A stretch of 64,000 nt of DNA, taken from an uncultured delta proteobacterium. Its GTDB lineage: Bacteria; Myxococcota_A; Polyangia; Polyangiales; Polyangiaceae. Position 1 is the stretch's first letter. Each line of letters opens with the position of its first letter. The notes beneath the pieces were generated by a model. The model saw nothing but the letters and a program-made list of their open reading frames with translations, was not told the DNA's origin and ran no database searches. Positions 54,150 through 64,000 of the stretch are shown here, piece after piece. Where the stretch lies: assembly GCA_963806225.1 (NCBI GenBank), contig CAWDXG010000004.1, forward strand, positions 160,001 to 224,000. The letters run 5' to 3'. Position numbers and translations under genes: made by a program.

Positions 54150-55376
54150 ATGGCACCTCTGGACCTGCCCCACGTACGCGCGTCGTTTCCGTCCTTGTCC
54201 GGCGACTTCGTGTTCATGGACAACGCAGGCGGCTCGCAGTGCCTCGGAGCCGTCGCCGACGCGGTCAGGGACTACCTGCTCGACTGCAATGTGCAGCTCG
54301 GGGCGACCTATCCGGTCTCGGTCGAGGCATCCCGGCGCGTCCTTTCAGGTCGGCGGGCGATCGCCAGGCTCGTGGGTGCGGCCGACGACCGGCAGGTCGT
54401 GCTGGGCTCTTCCACCACGCAGCTCCTGGCCAACACCGCGCAGGCGCTTTCGGCCGACCTCCGGCCCGGCGACGAGATCGTCGTGACGAATGCGGACCAC
54501 GAAGCGAACGTCGGCGCGTTCAGACGGCTGGAACACCAGGGCGTGGTCGTCCGCGAGTGGGGCATCGACCTTGCCTCGCAAGAACTCCGCCTCCCGGACC
54601 TGGAACCGCTGCTTGGCCCGCGCACGCGACTGGTGTGCATGACCCACTGCTCGAACGTGCTCGGCACGATTCACGACGTACAGGCGGTGAGCCGGAGAGT
54701 GCATGCCGCAGGCGCGCGCCTCCTGGTCGACGGCGTGGCGTATGCGCCGCATCGCCGGGTGGACCCGGCTCTCTTCGGAGCCGACTACTACGTCTTCAGT
54801 CTCTACAAGGTCTACGGGCCGCACGTCGCGGCGCTCGTGGCGCCGCTAGGACACCTCGAGGAGTTGGCGAACATCAACCACGAGTTCCTGGCGCATGAAA
54901 CTCCCTACAAGCTCCAACCCGGCAACGTCTGCTACGAGCTCGTTGCTGCCCTGCCCGAAATCGAGAGCTACCTGCTCGAGCTAGGCGGAGGAGCAAAGAG
55001 CGGGACAGACGCCGCCGCACTGGACCGTGCGTTCACGGCCATCGCCGAGCACGAGGCGGCGCTTGCCGAGCGCCTGCTGGCGTTCCTCCGCGATCGAGAC
55101 GATCTCGATCTGCTTGGAAATCCGGGTTCTGATCCGGCACTACGGGTGCCGACCGTGAGCTTCGTGCCTCACGCCAAGACGCCCGAAGCGGTGACACGCG
55201 CCGTCGACGCGCATGGCATCGGCATCCGGCACGGCGACTTCTACGCGCGGCGCCTGATCGAAGTGCTCGGGCTGCAGGCGCGCGGGGGAGTCGTACGCGT
55301 CTCGATGGTGCACTACAACACGCTGGAGGAGGTGGATCGGGTGACCGCGGCGCTCGACGAGGCGCTCGCCGTGTAG
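54150..55376 (+). CDS. Cysteine desulfurase-like PLP enzyme (aminotransferase class V)
   Basis: FMDNAGGSQ, DHEAN, SNVLGT, VDGVAYAPH, FSLYKVYGPH, VRVSMVHYNT. Confidence 0.9.
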   Translation: MAPLDLPHVRASFPSLSGDFVFMDNAGGSQCLGAVADAVRDYLLDCNVQLGATYPVSVEASRRVLSGRRAIARLVGAADDRQVVLGSSTTQLLANTAQALSADLRPGDEIVVTNADHEANVGAFRRLEHQGVVVREWGIDLASQELRLPDLEPLLGPRTRLVCMTHCSNVLGTIHDVQAVSRRVHAAGARLLVDGVAYAPHRRVDPALFGADYYVFSLYKVYGPHVAALVAPLGHLEELANINHEFLAHETPYKLQPGNVCYELVAALPEIESYLLELGGGAKSGTDAAALDRAFTAIAEHEAALAERLLAFLRDRDDLDLLGNPGSDPALRVPTVSFVPHAKTPEAVTRAVDAHGIGIRHGDFYARRLIEVLGLQARGGVVRVSMVHYNTLEEVDRVTAALDEALAV

Positions 55377-55579
55377 CCACGGAGTGCCCGTCCACAACCG
55401 GGGCCGCCGCCCGCGGCCGGGAACACCGTTTCGACCTGAAAACAGGCAGCTATTCGCTGCGTCGCGCCGACCCCGGCGGCACCCGCTCCCGCCATGCGCT
55501 ACTGCTGGTCGATTCCATCCTGCGCGACAACTACACTGGGTAATCCTACGGACCGATTTAGGTAGCCCGGTACAGCTGC

Positions 55580-57232
<1,653 letters not shown>

Positions 57233-57354
57233 CCGGGATCGGGCGGGCGGGAGCCGGCCCATCAGCGCGGGGCCCCTCCAGCTCTTCGCGCTGATCTCCG
57301 GTCGTCGCCGTATGCCATCGAAATGATGGAGGGTCCGCGCTAGGCTCCGCCGCC

Positions 57355-59229
57355 GTGAGCCGCTTCCGCGCCACCGCTCCCCCGCCCTCGCCGCACGATC
57401 TCAATCCGCGCAGCGATCCGCCGCTGGACTTCCCGGTGCGCGCGCTGGGCGAGCTTTCGCCCGACGACTACGCGACGCTGGGTTTTCTGTGCGGGCTGGA
57501 GGTGCACCAGCAGCTTCTGACCGAGCGCAAGCTGTTCTGCCGCTGCCCGGCCGGCCGCAACACGACACGCGTCGACATGGAGGTGCTGCGCCACATGCGG
57601 CCGACGCTGAGCGAGATGGGGCAGTACGACGGCTGCGCGCTGATGGAGTTCAAGACAAAGAAGGAGATCGTCTACCTGCTGGAGCGTGAGAGTGTGTGCA
57701 CGTACGAGATGGACGACACGCCGCCGTTCGAGATCGACGAGCAGGCGGTGAAGATCGCGCTCGAGGTCTCGAGCCTGCTGGGGCTGAATCTCGTGAACGA
57801 GCTGCATGTGATGCGCAAGCAGTACCTCGACGGATCCATCCCGACCGGCTTCCAGCGCACGGCCATGGTGGGAGTCGACAGCGTGCTGCCATTTCCCGGG
57901 AGCGAGCTCGGCGCCGATCGCAGCCTGCGCGTACGGCAGCTCACGCTGGAGGAGGATTCGTGCCGCGAGGTGAGCGACGTGGGCCACCGCATCGAGTTCC
58001 GCACCGACCGGCTGGGCATGCCGCTGATCGAGACCGTAACCGAGCCGGATCTGCTCACGCCGCGCGACGCCGCCGCCGGTGGGCGGCTGCTGGCGGAAGT
58101 GGCGCGCGCGAGCGGCAAGGTGCGACGTGGCCCGGGCGCCGCGCGGCAGGACGTGAACGTCAGCGTAGCGGGCGGCCGGCGTGTCGAGATCAAGGGCGTG
58201 CCGAGCCATCGGCTGATTCCGACACTGGTGCACAACGAGGCCTACCGGCAGCTGGAACTGCTCCGGCTCCGGGACGCGCTGCAGAGGCGCGGCGCCGCGC
58301 CGGACGCGCTGTCGCTCGGCGACGTCGAGTGGGCGTGGGAGTCGCCACTGGTGGAGGTACTGGAGCGCGGCGACGGCGAACGCACGGTCCGCGTGCGACT
58401 GCCAGGCTTCGATGGGCTGCTCGGACATCGCACGCAGCCCGGGCTTGGCTTCTTCCACGAGATCGCCGAGCGCGTGCGGGTCATCGCATGTCTGGAGCAC
58501 TCGGCGCTGGGGGCCGACGATGCAACCGGCACGGTGACGGTGCACGGGCCGGACGACGAGGTGGATACGGCGGCGCGCGAAATCGTGGCGCGCGCGCGCG
58601 AAGCCTTCGTTGGCGTGCCCAGCGAGACGCGGCAGGGTCACGCTGACGGCACCACCGGCTTCGAGCGCATCCTGCCTGGCGCCGAGCGCATGTATCCGGA
58701 CACCGACACGCCGCCCGTGCCGATCCCCGACGCCTGGTTGCGCGAAATCGAGGCGCGGCTGCCCGAGCGCCCGTGGCAGCGGCTCGAGCGCTACGAAAAG
58801 CTCGGGATACCGGCCGAGCGCGCAGCGCGCCTGGCGCGGGCGCCCTGGGCGGCGCTGTTCGACGCGCTCGGCGGCGGGCCGGAGCTGGCCCGTGCGCTGG
58901 AGCGCACGCTGCCGCGCATGCGCACCGTCCCCGACGTCGCGCTGCTCGAGCCGCTGCTCGGGCTGCCGGCATTTGCGCTCGAGCCGGCGATCCTACGCGT
59001 CCTGCGCGGCGAGGCGCCGGGCGACGTCGTGGCAGCGCTTTCGAGCAGTGTCGGCACCCAGCAACTCGAACAACGCATCGGCGAGGTGGTGGCGGCGCGC
59101 AACGAGGCGCAGACGCGCGATCCCCAGGCGCTCCTGCGTTGGGCGATGGGGCGCGCGCTGGAGGATCTGCGCGGCCTGGTCGATCCGCGCGTCGCGCGCG
59201 AGCGCCTCCAGGCGGAGCTCGGAACATGA
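57355..59229 (+). CDS. gatE: Glu-tRNA(Gln) amidotransferase subunit E (archaeal-type GatE)
   Basis: DYATLGFLCGLEVHQQL, KLFCRCP, CTYEMDDTPP, RKQYLDGSIPTGFQRT, LEEDSCR, DRLGMPLIE, GKVRRGPGAARQDVNVS, RVEIKGV, LPGFDGLLG insertion domain, GVPSETR, PGAERMYPDTD. These are GatE-type rather than GatB-type signatures. Confidence 0.9.
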   Translation: MSRFRATAPPPSPHDLNPRSDPPLDFPVRALGELSPDDYATLGFLCGLEVHQQLLTERKLFCRCPAGRNTTRVDMEVLRHMRPTLSEMGQYDGCALMEFKTKKEIVYLLERESVCTYEMDDTPPFEIDEQAVKIALEVSSLLGLNLVNELHVMRKQYLDGSIPTGFQRTAMVGVDSVLPFPGSELGADRSLRVRQLTLEEDSCREVSDVGHRIEFRTDRLGMPLIETVTEPDLLTPRDAAAGGRLLAEVARASGKVRRGPGAARQDVNVSVAGGRRVEIKGVPSHRLIPTLVHNEAYRQLELLRLRDALQRRGAAPDALSLGDVEWAWESPLVEVLERGDGERTVRVRLPGFDGLLGHRTQPGLGFFHEIAERVRVIACLEHSALGADDATGTVTVHGPDDEVDTAAREIVARAREAFVGVPSETRQGHADGTTGFERILPGAERMYPDTDTPPVPIPDAWLREIEARLPERPWQRLERYEKLGIPAERAARLARAPWAALFDALGGGPELARALERTLPRMRTVPDVALLEPLLGLPAFALEPAILRVLRGEAPGDVVAALSSSVGTQQLEQRIGEVVAARNEAQTRDPQALLRWAMGRALEDLRGLVDPRVARERLQAELGT

Positions 59230-60623
59230 ACGACGACAGCGACGATCTGTACAAAGGCTACCGCGAGCCGCTGCGCGCGCTGATGCAGCGCTTCGGCGTG
59301 ACGGTGTGGTGCGACGCGATCGTCACGACCGACCGCGGCCGCTTCGAGGGGCTGATCCTGCCGCGCTCGGAAACGAGCGACGAGAAGCACCTCGTCCTGA
59401 AGCTGTGGACCGGTTACAACGTCGGCGTCCGCTTCGACCGCATCACGTCGATCGAGAAGACCGGCTTCCGCCGCGCCGAGTACCGGATCCCGGAAGGCGA
59501 GTTCCCGGTCGACCCGGACAAGCCGCGCGTGATCCTGTTCGGCACGGGCGGCACCATCGCCTCGCGGCTCGACTACCGCACGGGCGCGGTGATTCCGGCG
59601 TTCAGTCCCGGCGAGCTGTACGGCTCGGTGCCCGAGCTCGGCGACGTCTGCAACATCGAGACCGAGAAGCTGTTCGGCGTGTTCAGCGAGAACATGGGGC
59701 GTGACGAGTACCTGACGCTGGCCGAGCGCATCGGGCAGGCCATCAAGGACGGCTACGACGGCGTGGTCGTCGGCCACGGTACGGACACCATGCACCACAC
59801 CGCCGCGGCGCTCACCTACATGGTGCAGGATCCGCCAGTGCCGATCGTGATGGTCGGCAGCCAGCGCTCGAGCGATCGACCGTCGTCGGACGCTGCATTG
59901 AACCTGATCCGCGCTTCCTGGGCGGCGGCACACGGGCCCATCGCGGAGCTGATGGTGTGCATGTTTGGGCCGACCTCGGACCGCTACAACCTCTTGCACC
60001 GCGGTACGCGCGTCCGGAAGATGCACAGCTCCTTCCGTAGCACGTTCCGAACGCTGAGCGACATCCCGCTCGCGATCGTGGACAAGGGCCGGCTAGAGCC
60101 GCTCAAGACGCGCTACGCGCCGCGGCGCCAGGACCGCGACGTAACCGTCCGCGCGGCCTTCGACGAGCACGTCACCATCCTCTACTACTACCCGAACATG
60201 CAGCCCGACATCATCGACGCGCTGGTCGACAAGGGCTACCGCGGCATCGTGATCGCCGGCACCGGGCTCGGGCACGTCAACCGCAAGGTCTACCCCGCGC
60301 TCGCGCGCGCCAACGCCGCCGGCGTGCAGCTCTACATGACGCTACAGACATTGTGGGGCTTCGTGCAGATGAACGTGTACGAGACGGGGCGCGAGATCCA
60401 GCAGCTGGGCGTGGTGCCGCTCGCCAACATGCTGCCCGAGGTCGCGTACATCAAGCTGGCCTGGGCGCTGGGCCTGCACCCCGACGATCCCGACGCCGTG
60501 CGCGCGCTCATGACGACACCGACAAGCGACGACATGACCGACCGCGAGCCGCCCGACGGCTATCTCGTCTTCCAGGGCGGCGTGCCGGAGATACAGGAGT
60601 TTTTGGGACGGATCTGGTCGTAG
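59226..60623 (+). CDS. gatD: Glu-tRNA(Gln) amidotransferase subunit D (archaeal-type GatD), 465 aa
   Basis: ATGA overlap with the gatE stop; GatD N-terminal domain (FEGLILPRSE...HLVLKLWTGYNVGV); TGGTIASRLDYRTGAV, HGTDTM, GSQRSSDRPSSDA, HRGTRVRKMH, GTGLGHV. Confidence 0.92.
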   Translation: MNDDSDDLYKGYREPLRALMQRFGVTVWCDAIVTTDRGRFEGLILPRSETSDEKHLVLKLWTGYNVGVRFDRITSIEKTGFRRAEYRIPEGEFPVDPDKPRVILFGTGGTIASRLDYRTGAVIPAFSPGELYGSVPELGDVCNIETEKLFGVFSENMGRDEYLTLAERIGQAIKDGYDGVVVGHGTDTMHHTAAALTYMVQDPPVPIVMVGSQRSSDRPSSDAALNLIRASWAAAHGPIAELMVCMFGPTSDRYNLLHRGTRVRKMHSSFRSTFRTLSDIPLAIVDKGRLEPLKTRYAPRRQDRDVTVRAAFDEHVTILYYYPNMQPDIIDALVDKGYRGIVIAGTGLGHVNRKVYPALARANAAGVQLYMTLQTLWGFVQMNVYETGREIQQLGVVPLANMLPEVAYIKLAWALGLHPDDPDAVRALMTTPTSDDMTDREPPDGYLVFQGGVPEIQEFLGRIWS

Positions 60624-60684
60624 GAGCTCGGCTGGAAGAATGTAGGCCCCGGGTCAACCGCCGGGCGCGCAGGTCCAGCCGGAG

Positions 60685-61377
60685 CTATGGGCGTGTTCCC
60701 TCGAAATGATAGTCGAGGTCGCCGTTCATGGTCTGACCGGCAGCGTTGACTTCCAGGTCGAGGTGCATGTCGAAGACCAGCCGGCTGCCGTTGAAGGTGG
60801 CGGTCCCCTTGTCGAGCGTGGCGGTCATGGCGCTCTGGCTCTGCTGGTCGAAGCAGTGCTGGCCGGAGTTGAGCTGGGCGGTGTTGCCGCTCAGGGTGCC
60901 TTCAAGCTTGCAGATGAGCTTGCCGGTCTTGCTGTCGAGCAGCGAGAACTCCAGCGTGCCGCCGCCCTGGTCGGCCACGTCCAGCTTGGCGTTGGGGTCC
61001 TTCTGCGGCCGCGCGGGCATGTTGCCGATGTGGAAGGTCGTCACGTCCTCGCCAGTGTAGTGGCCGGCGAACACCACTGCGGGCTTCGCGGGCGCGGCGG
61101 CTTCCTGTGCCGCGTCGTCCCCGCCGGCATCCGGCTCCTCGCTTTCCGCAGCGGAGGCTTCCACGGACGCATCGGCGGCATCCGCCGCGCCGGCGTCCTG
61201 CTCCGAGCCCGCCGCGGCATCGGCAGCGGACGATGCCGAAGGAGCTCGATGCCGCTCCGGCGCCTTCACCGTGGATGCGGCGAGCGGCCCGCGCCCGAGC
61301 GGCACCGTGCTCGGTAGAGCGGGCGCACAGCTCACCGCAAGCACCGCCATCATCCAGAACCGCTTCCGCATCGGCAT
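60685..61377 (-). CDS. Hypothetical lipoprotein
   Basis: Lipobox LAVSC; Ala/Asp-rich DAG linker; beta-rich C-terminal domain with two Cys. Confidence 0.7.
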   Translation of the reverse strand: MPMRKRFWMMAVLAVSCAPALPSTVPLGRGPLAASTVKAPERHRAPSASSAADAAAGSEQDAGAADAADASVEASAAESEEPDAGGDDAAQEAAAPAKPAVVFAGHYTGEDVTTFHIGNMPARPQKDPNAKLDVADQGGGTLEFSLLDSKTGKLICKLEGTLSGNTAQLNSGQHCFDQQSQSAMTATLDKGTATFNGSRLVFDMHLDLEVNAAGQTMNGDLDYHFEGTRP

Positions 61378-61448
61378 CGGTAGACCACAGTCCGGCGCCC
61401 CGGGCAAACCGCGCGGCCCTGGTGGCGGCAGCGTGATACGATTGCGGA

Positions 61449-62411
61449 ATGGCACGGCGCAGAGTCCTGAAGCTCCTGGCACTCCTCGCCGCGGCTGCTC
61501 TGGTCGAGAGCGCCTGCTCGGGCAAGACCTCTGGCGTCGCATCGGGCGCCAACGTCTACGTCGGCGGCTCCGGCGGCTCGGGCGGGTCGGCCGTCGGCGA
61601 CGCTTCGCCCTGGCCCGACGCTCACGGACCCGGCACGGGGGGCGCCACCGGAGGCACGGGTGGCGGCGCTGCCGCCGGCGGCACGGGCACAGGCGGCTCG
61701 GCTGCGGGCGGTTCGGGCACGGGCGGCGCCTGCACGGCCGAGCTCTGCAATAACCTCGACGACGACTGCAACGGCCTCGTCGACGACAACCTCAGCCGAT
61801 TCTGCAGCAGCTCGTGCGGCAGCGGCACCCAGACCTGCAGCGCCGGAAAGTGGGGAGCGTGCAGCGCCATGCAGCCCCTGAGCTGCATGGACTACTCGGC
61901 CTGCAAGATGTCAGAGCAGTGCGTGGCGAGCTGCCCCGGCGCGCCGTCCGAGACCTGCAACCTTGCCGACGACAACTGCAACGGCAAGTGCGACGAGAAC
62001 GCCGGCTGCCGCACTGGCGTGTACCGGTCGTACAACAGCTCGACGGGCGAGCACTTCTACACGACCAGCTCGACCGAGGCCGCCTGCTGCGGGTTCAAGG
62101 TCGAGTTTCCCAACTACTACTACCTGTACAAGTCACCGGCCTCCGGACTGGTGCCGTTCTACCGCTGCCGGCTCGCCAGCGGGAAGCACTTCTACACGAC
62201 CAGCAGCAGCTGCGAGGGCGCCGCCGGCAGCACCAAGGAAGGCACGCTCGGCTACATTGGCAAGAGCGCAACCTGCGGCGCCGTGCCGCTCTACCGCCTG
62301 TCGATGTCCGGCGATCACTTCTACACGACCAGCTCGTCCGAACGGCAGAAGGCCATCAGCGGGGGCTACAAGGACGAGGGCATTGCGGGCTACGTGTGGA
62401 AGGCGCCCTGA
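61449..62411 (+). CDS. Lipoprotein with Gly-rich linker, Cys/Asp-rich repeats and three HFYT repeats (DUF5648-like)
   Basis: Lipobox ESAC; ELCNNLDDDCNGLVDD and ETCNLADDNCNGKCDE; three (Y/F)R...HFYTTS...EG repeats. Confidence 0.8.
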   Translation: MARRRVLKLLALLAAAALVESACSGKTSGVASGANVYVGGSGGSGGSAVGDASPWPDAHGPGTGGATGGTGGGAAAGGTGTGGSAAGGSGTGGACTAELCNNLDDDCNGLVDDNLSRFCSSSCGSGTQTCSAGKWGACSAMQPLSCMDYSACKMSEQCVASCPGAPSETCNLADDNCNGKCDENAGCRTGVYRSYNSSTGEHFYTTSSTEAACCGFKVEFPNYYYLYKSPASGLVPFYRCRLASGKHFYTTSSSCEGAAGSTKEGTLGYIGKSATCGAVPLYRLSMSGDHFYTTSSSERQKAISGGYKDEGIAGYVWKAP

Positions 62412-62426
62412 TCCGCCACGCATCGA

Positions 62427-63401
62427 TCAGCGCGTGCCGCCGGCCGCGCTGCGACAGCAGCGGAAGCCTGTGGAGTAGTCGTGGTACGTCGGGCCGTGAC
62501 CGATCGTGATGAATCGGCAGCCCTGGCCGTGCTGGCTACCCGTGCTGAAGAAGCCGCCCATGAAGATGCCGTGACCGGTGTCGGCCGCCAGCCGCGCGCG
62601 GATCCCGGCGCGCAGCGGGATCTTCAGAGGCAGCGAGCGATCGACGCTATCGCTTACCCACTCGTGCAAGTTGCCGACCATGTCGAAAGCGCCGTAGTCG
62701 TTGGTGCAGCCGGAGTACGCGCCGGTCTTCGCCAGAAACCCCGGTTCGCGGTCGAGCTCGGGGTTGTTGAAGTCCTGGGCGTAGCGCCACCTGAGCGGAT
62801 TGGTCCCCGCCAGCCGTGACAGCAGGTGCGGCTTGTCGACGTTGCAGCGCTTCCTGTCGAAGCTCGCTCCGTACGGATAGGTCGTGTGCTGGGGCCCCTC
62901 GCAGGCCGCGTACCACTCGCCGAGCGTGCACAGCCGCTTGCCAGCGTTCTCGCAGGCGGCGCGCGCCTCGAGACGGCTGATGTAGGCCTGCGGGCGCACG
63001 CCCGGCAGCGAACGGGCCTGGTAGTCGATGTCGTGCAGTGGTCGCTCCGATGGATCGTGGAGCTTGCCGTAGGGATCGACGAGCGAGTCCTCCCAGCGGT
63101 CGATGCAGACCTCGTCGACGCGGGTCATCTCCTGGGGACAGCCGTCGTGAAGCGCGGGATCGATGGGGGCCGGCCTGGCCGTCGGGACCGCCATTGCGCG
63201 CTTCGCGGGCGTCGAGGTGGCGGCGCTCGCCACAGCGGGCGCGCGCGTGCGGGCGGGGGCCGAGCCGGAGTGAGCCTTTGCGGATCTGCACCCTGCGAGC
63301 GCCGACGCGAGCAGAAACGGGGCCCCGGGCAGAGCCAGGCAGCAGCGGTGCGCTCGATGCGCCACTCCTCCAGGGTAGCTGTGCGCGGGCGACAGCGCCA
63401 C
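62427..63401 (-). CDS. FGE-sulfatase (SUMF1) domain protein
   Basis: CIDRWE, ACENAGKRLCT..EW..ACEG, YPYG, FDMVGNLHEW, TGFRCC. Start uncertain. Confidence 0.88.
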   Translation of the reverse strand: MALSPAHSYPGGVAHRAHRCCLALPGAPFLLASALAGCRSAKAHSGSAPARTRAPAVASAATSTPAKRAMAVPTARPAPIDPALHDGCPQEMTRVDEVCIDRWEDSLVDPYGKLHDPSERPLHDIDYQARSLPGVRPQAYISRLEARAACENAGKRLCTLGEWYAACEGPQHTTYPYGASFDRKRCNVDKPHLLSRLAGTNPLRWRYAQDFNNPELDREPGFLAKTGAYSGCTNDYGAFDMVGNLHEWVSDSVDRSLPLKIPLRAGIRARLAADTGHGIFMGGFFSTGSQHGQGCRFITIGHGPTYHDYSTGFRCCRSAAGGTR

Positions 63402-63426
63402 GTGCGCTGCCTGCTACGCTCCGCGC

Positions 63427-64000
63427 GTGCACTCCGCGCTCCGCACTGAACGTGAGCCCCTCGCCGGCGACAGCTGGATCCATCACGATCCGGCCTGGCT
63501 CGGCGCGGGCGAGGCCGACCGTTTGCTGGCCCGGCTGCGGAGCGAGCTCCTCTGGGAGCAGCGCGAGATCGAGCTGTTCGGGCGGCGCATCCTGCAGCCG
63601 CGCTTGATCGCGTGGGGCGGCGAGCTGCCCTACCGCTACTCCGGCCAGAGTCTGGAGCCGCGCGCGCTGCCGCCATTCCTGACCGAGCTGATGGAACAGA
63701 TCGGCAGAGCCAGCGGCACGCGCTTCAACCACGTGCTGGCCAATCGCTACCGCGACGGCAACGACAGCATGGGGCTGCATTCGGACAACGAGCCCGAGCT
63801 GGAAACGGACCCGGTGGTCGCCAGCTTGTCGCTGGGCGACGCCCGACGCTTCGTGCTGCGGCCGAAGAAGAAGAGCAGCGGCACGCCGCGCGAGCTCTCG
63901 CTCGTCCACGGCGCACTGCTGGTGATGGGCGGCGCCTGCCAGCGCCGCTACCGGCACGGCGTGCCGCGCACCCAGCGCCCCGTCGGCGAGCGCATCAGCC
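63427..64000 (+). CDS. AlkB-family 2OG-Fe(II) dioxygenase (ALKBH2/3-like), 3' end runs off the window
   Basis: Not in the ORF track. Manual translation gives QPRLIAWGG..YRYSG, FNHVLANRYRDGNDSMGLHSD (HxD), SLSLG..RRF, HGALLVMGG, RHGVP, ERIS. Confidence 0.9.
   Translation, partial: MHSALRTEREPLAGDSWIHHDPAWLGAGEADRLLARLRSELLWEQREIELFGRRILQPRLIAWGGELPYRYSGQSLEPRALPPFLTELMEQIGRASGTRFNHVLANRYRDGNDSMGLHSDNEPELETDPVVASLSLGDARRFVLRPKKKSSGTPRELSLVHGALLVMGGACQRRYRHGVPRTQRPVGERIS

Noticed and set aside
59226..60623. Ordinary type I L-asparaginase (AnsA) next to a GatB paralogue
   Set aside because: It has the GatD N-terminal domain and the SRxDYRTG and QRSSDRPSSD motifs. The partner has GatE-type DGS..GFQRT, RQDVNVS and the insertion domain, and no gatA/gatC is adjacent.

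Overview
Very GC-rich bacterial DNA, most consistent with Myxococcota (Polyangiaceae-like): it carries a MYXO-CTERM protein, a giant TPR protein, an FHA-GGDEF protein and Gly-linker/Cys-repeat lipoproteins. Clustered single-base indels in amtB, a 3-hydroxyacyl-CoA dehydrogenase and uvrA suggest an imperfectly polished long-read assembly. The window is a mixed housekeeping/accessory region of about 40 genes; I saw no rRNA, tRNA, CRISPR array or mobile element. Main highlights: (1) an intact, translationally coupled gatE-gatD operon (57355-60623), the Glu-tRNA(Gln) amidotransferase classically regarded as archaea-specific, 3.3 kb downstream of a GlnRS-Yqey fusion that should make it redundant; (2) a selenocysteine-encoding selD whose 5' end the ORF caller missed (TTG start 10357, in-frame TGA 10399-10401 at the catalytic position, SECIS-like hairpin downstream); (3) a TPR ORF of at least 3379 codons absent from the ORF track; (4) a COG2403/ArcE-like P-loop enzyme; (5) candidate operator arrays, FadR-like boxes before a GntR gene and a GlnR-box-like repeat before amtB. 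All assignments come from motif recognition by eye; no database searches were run.
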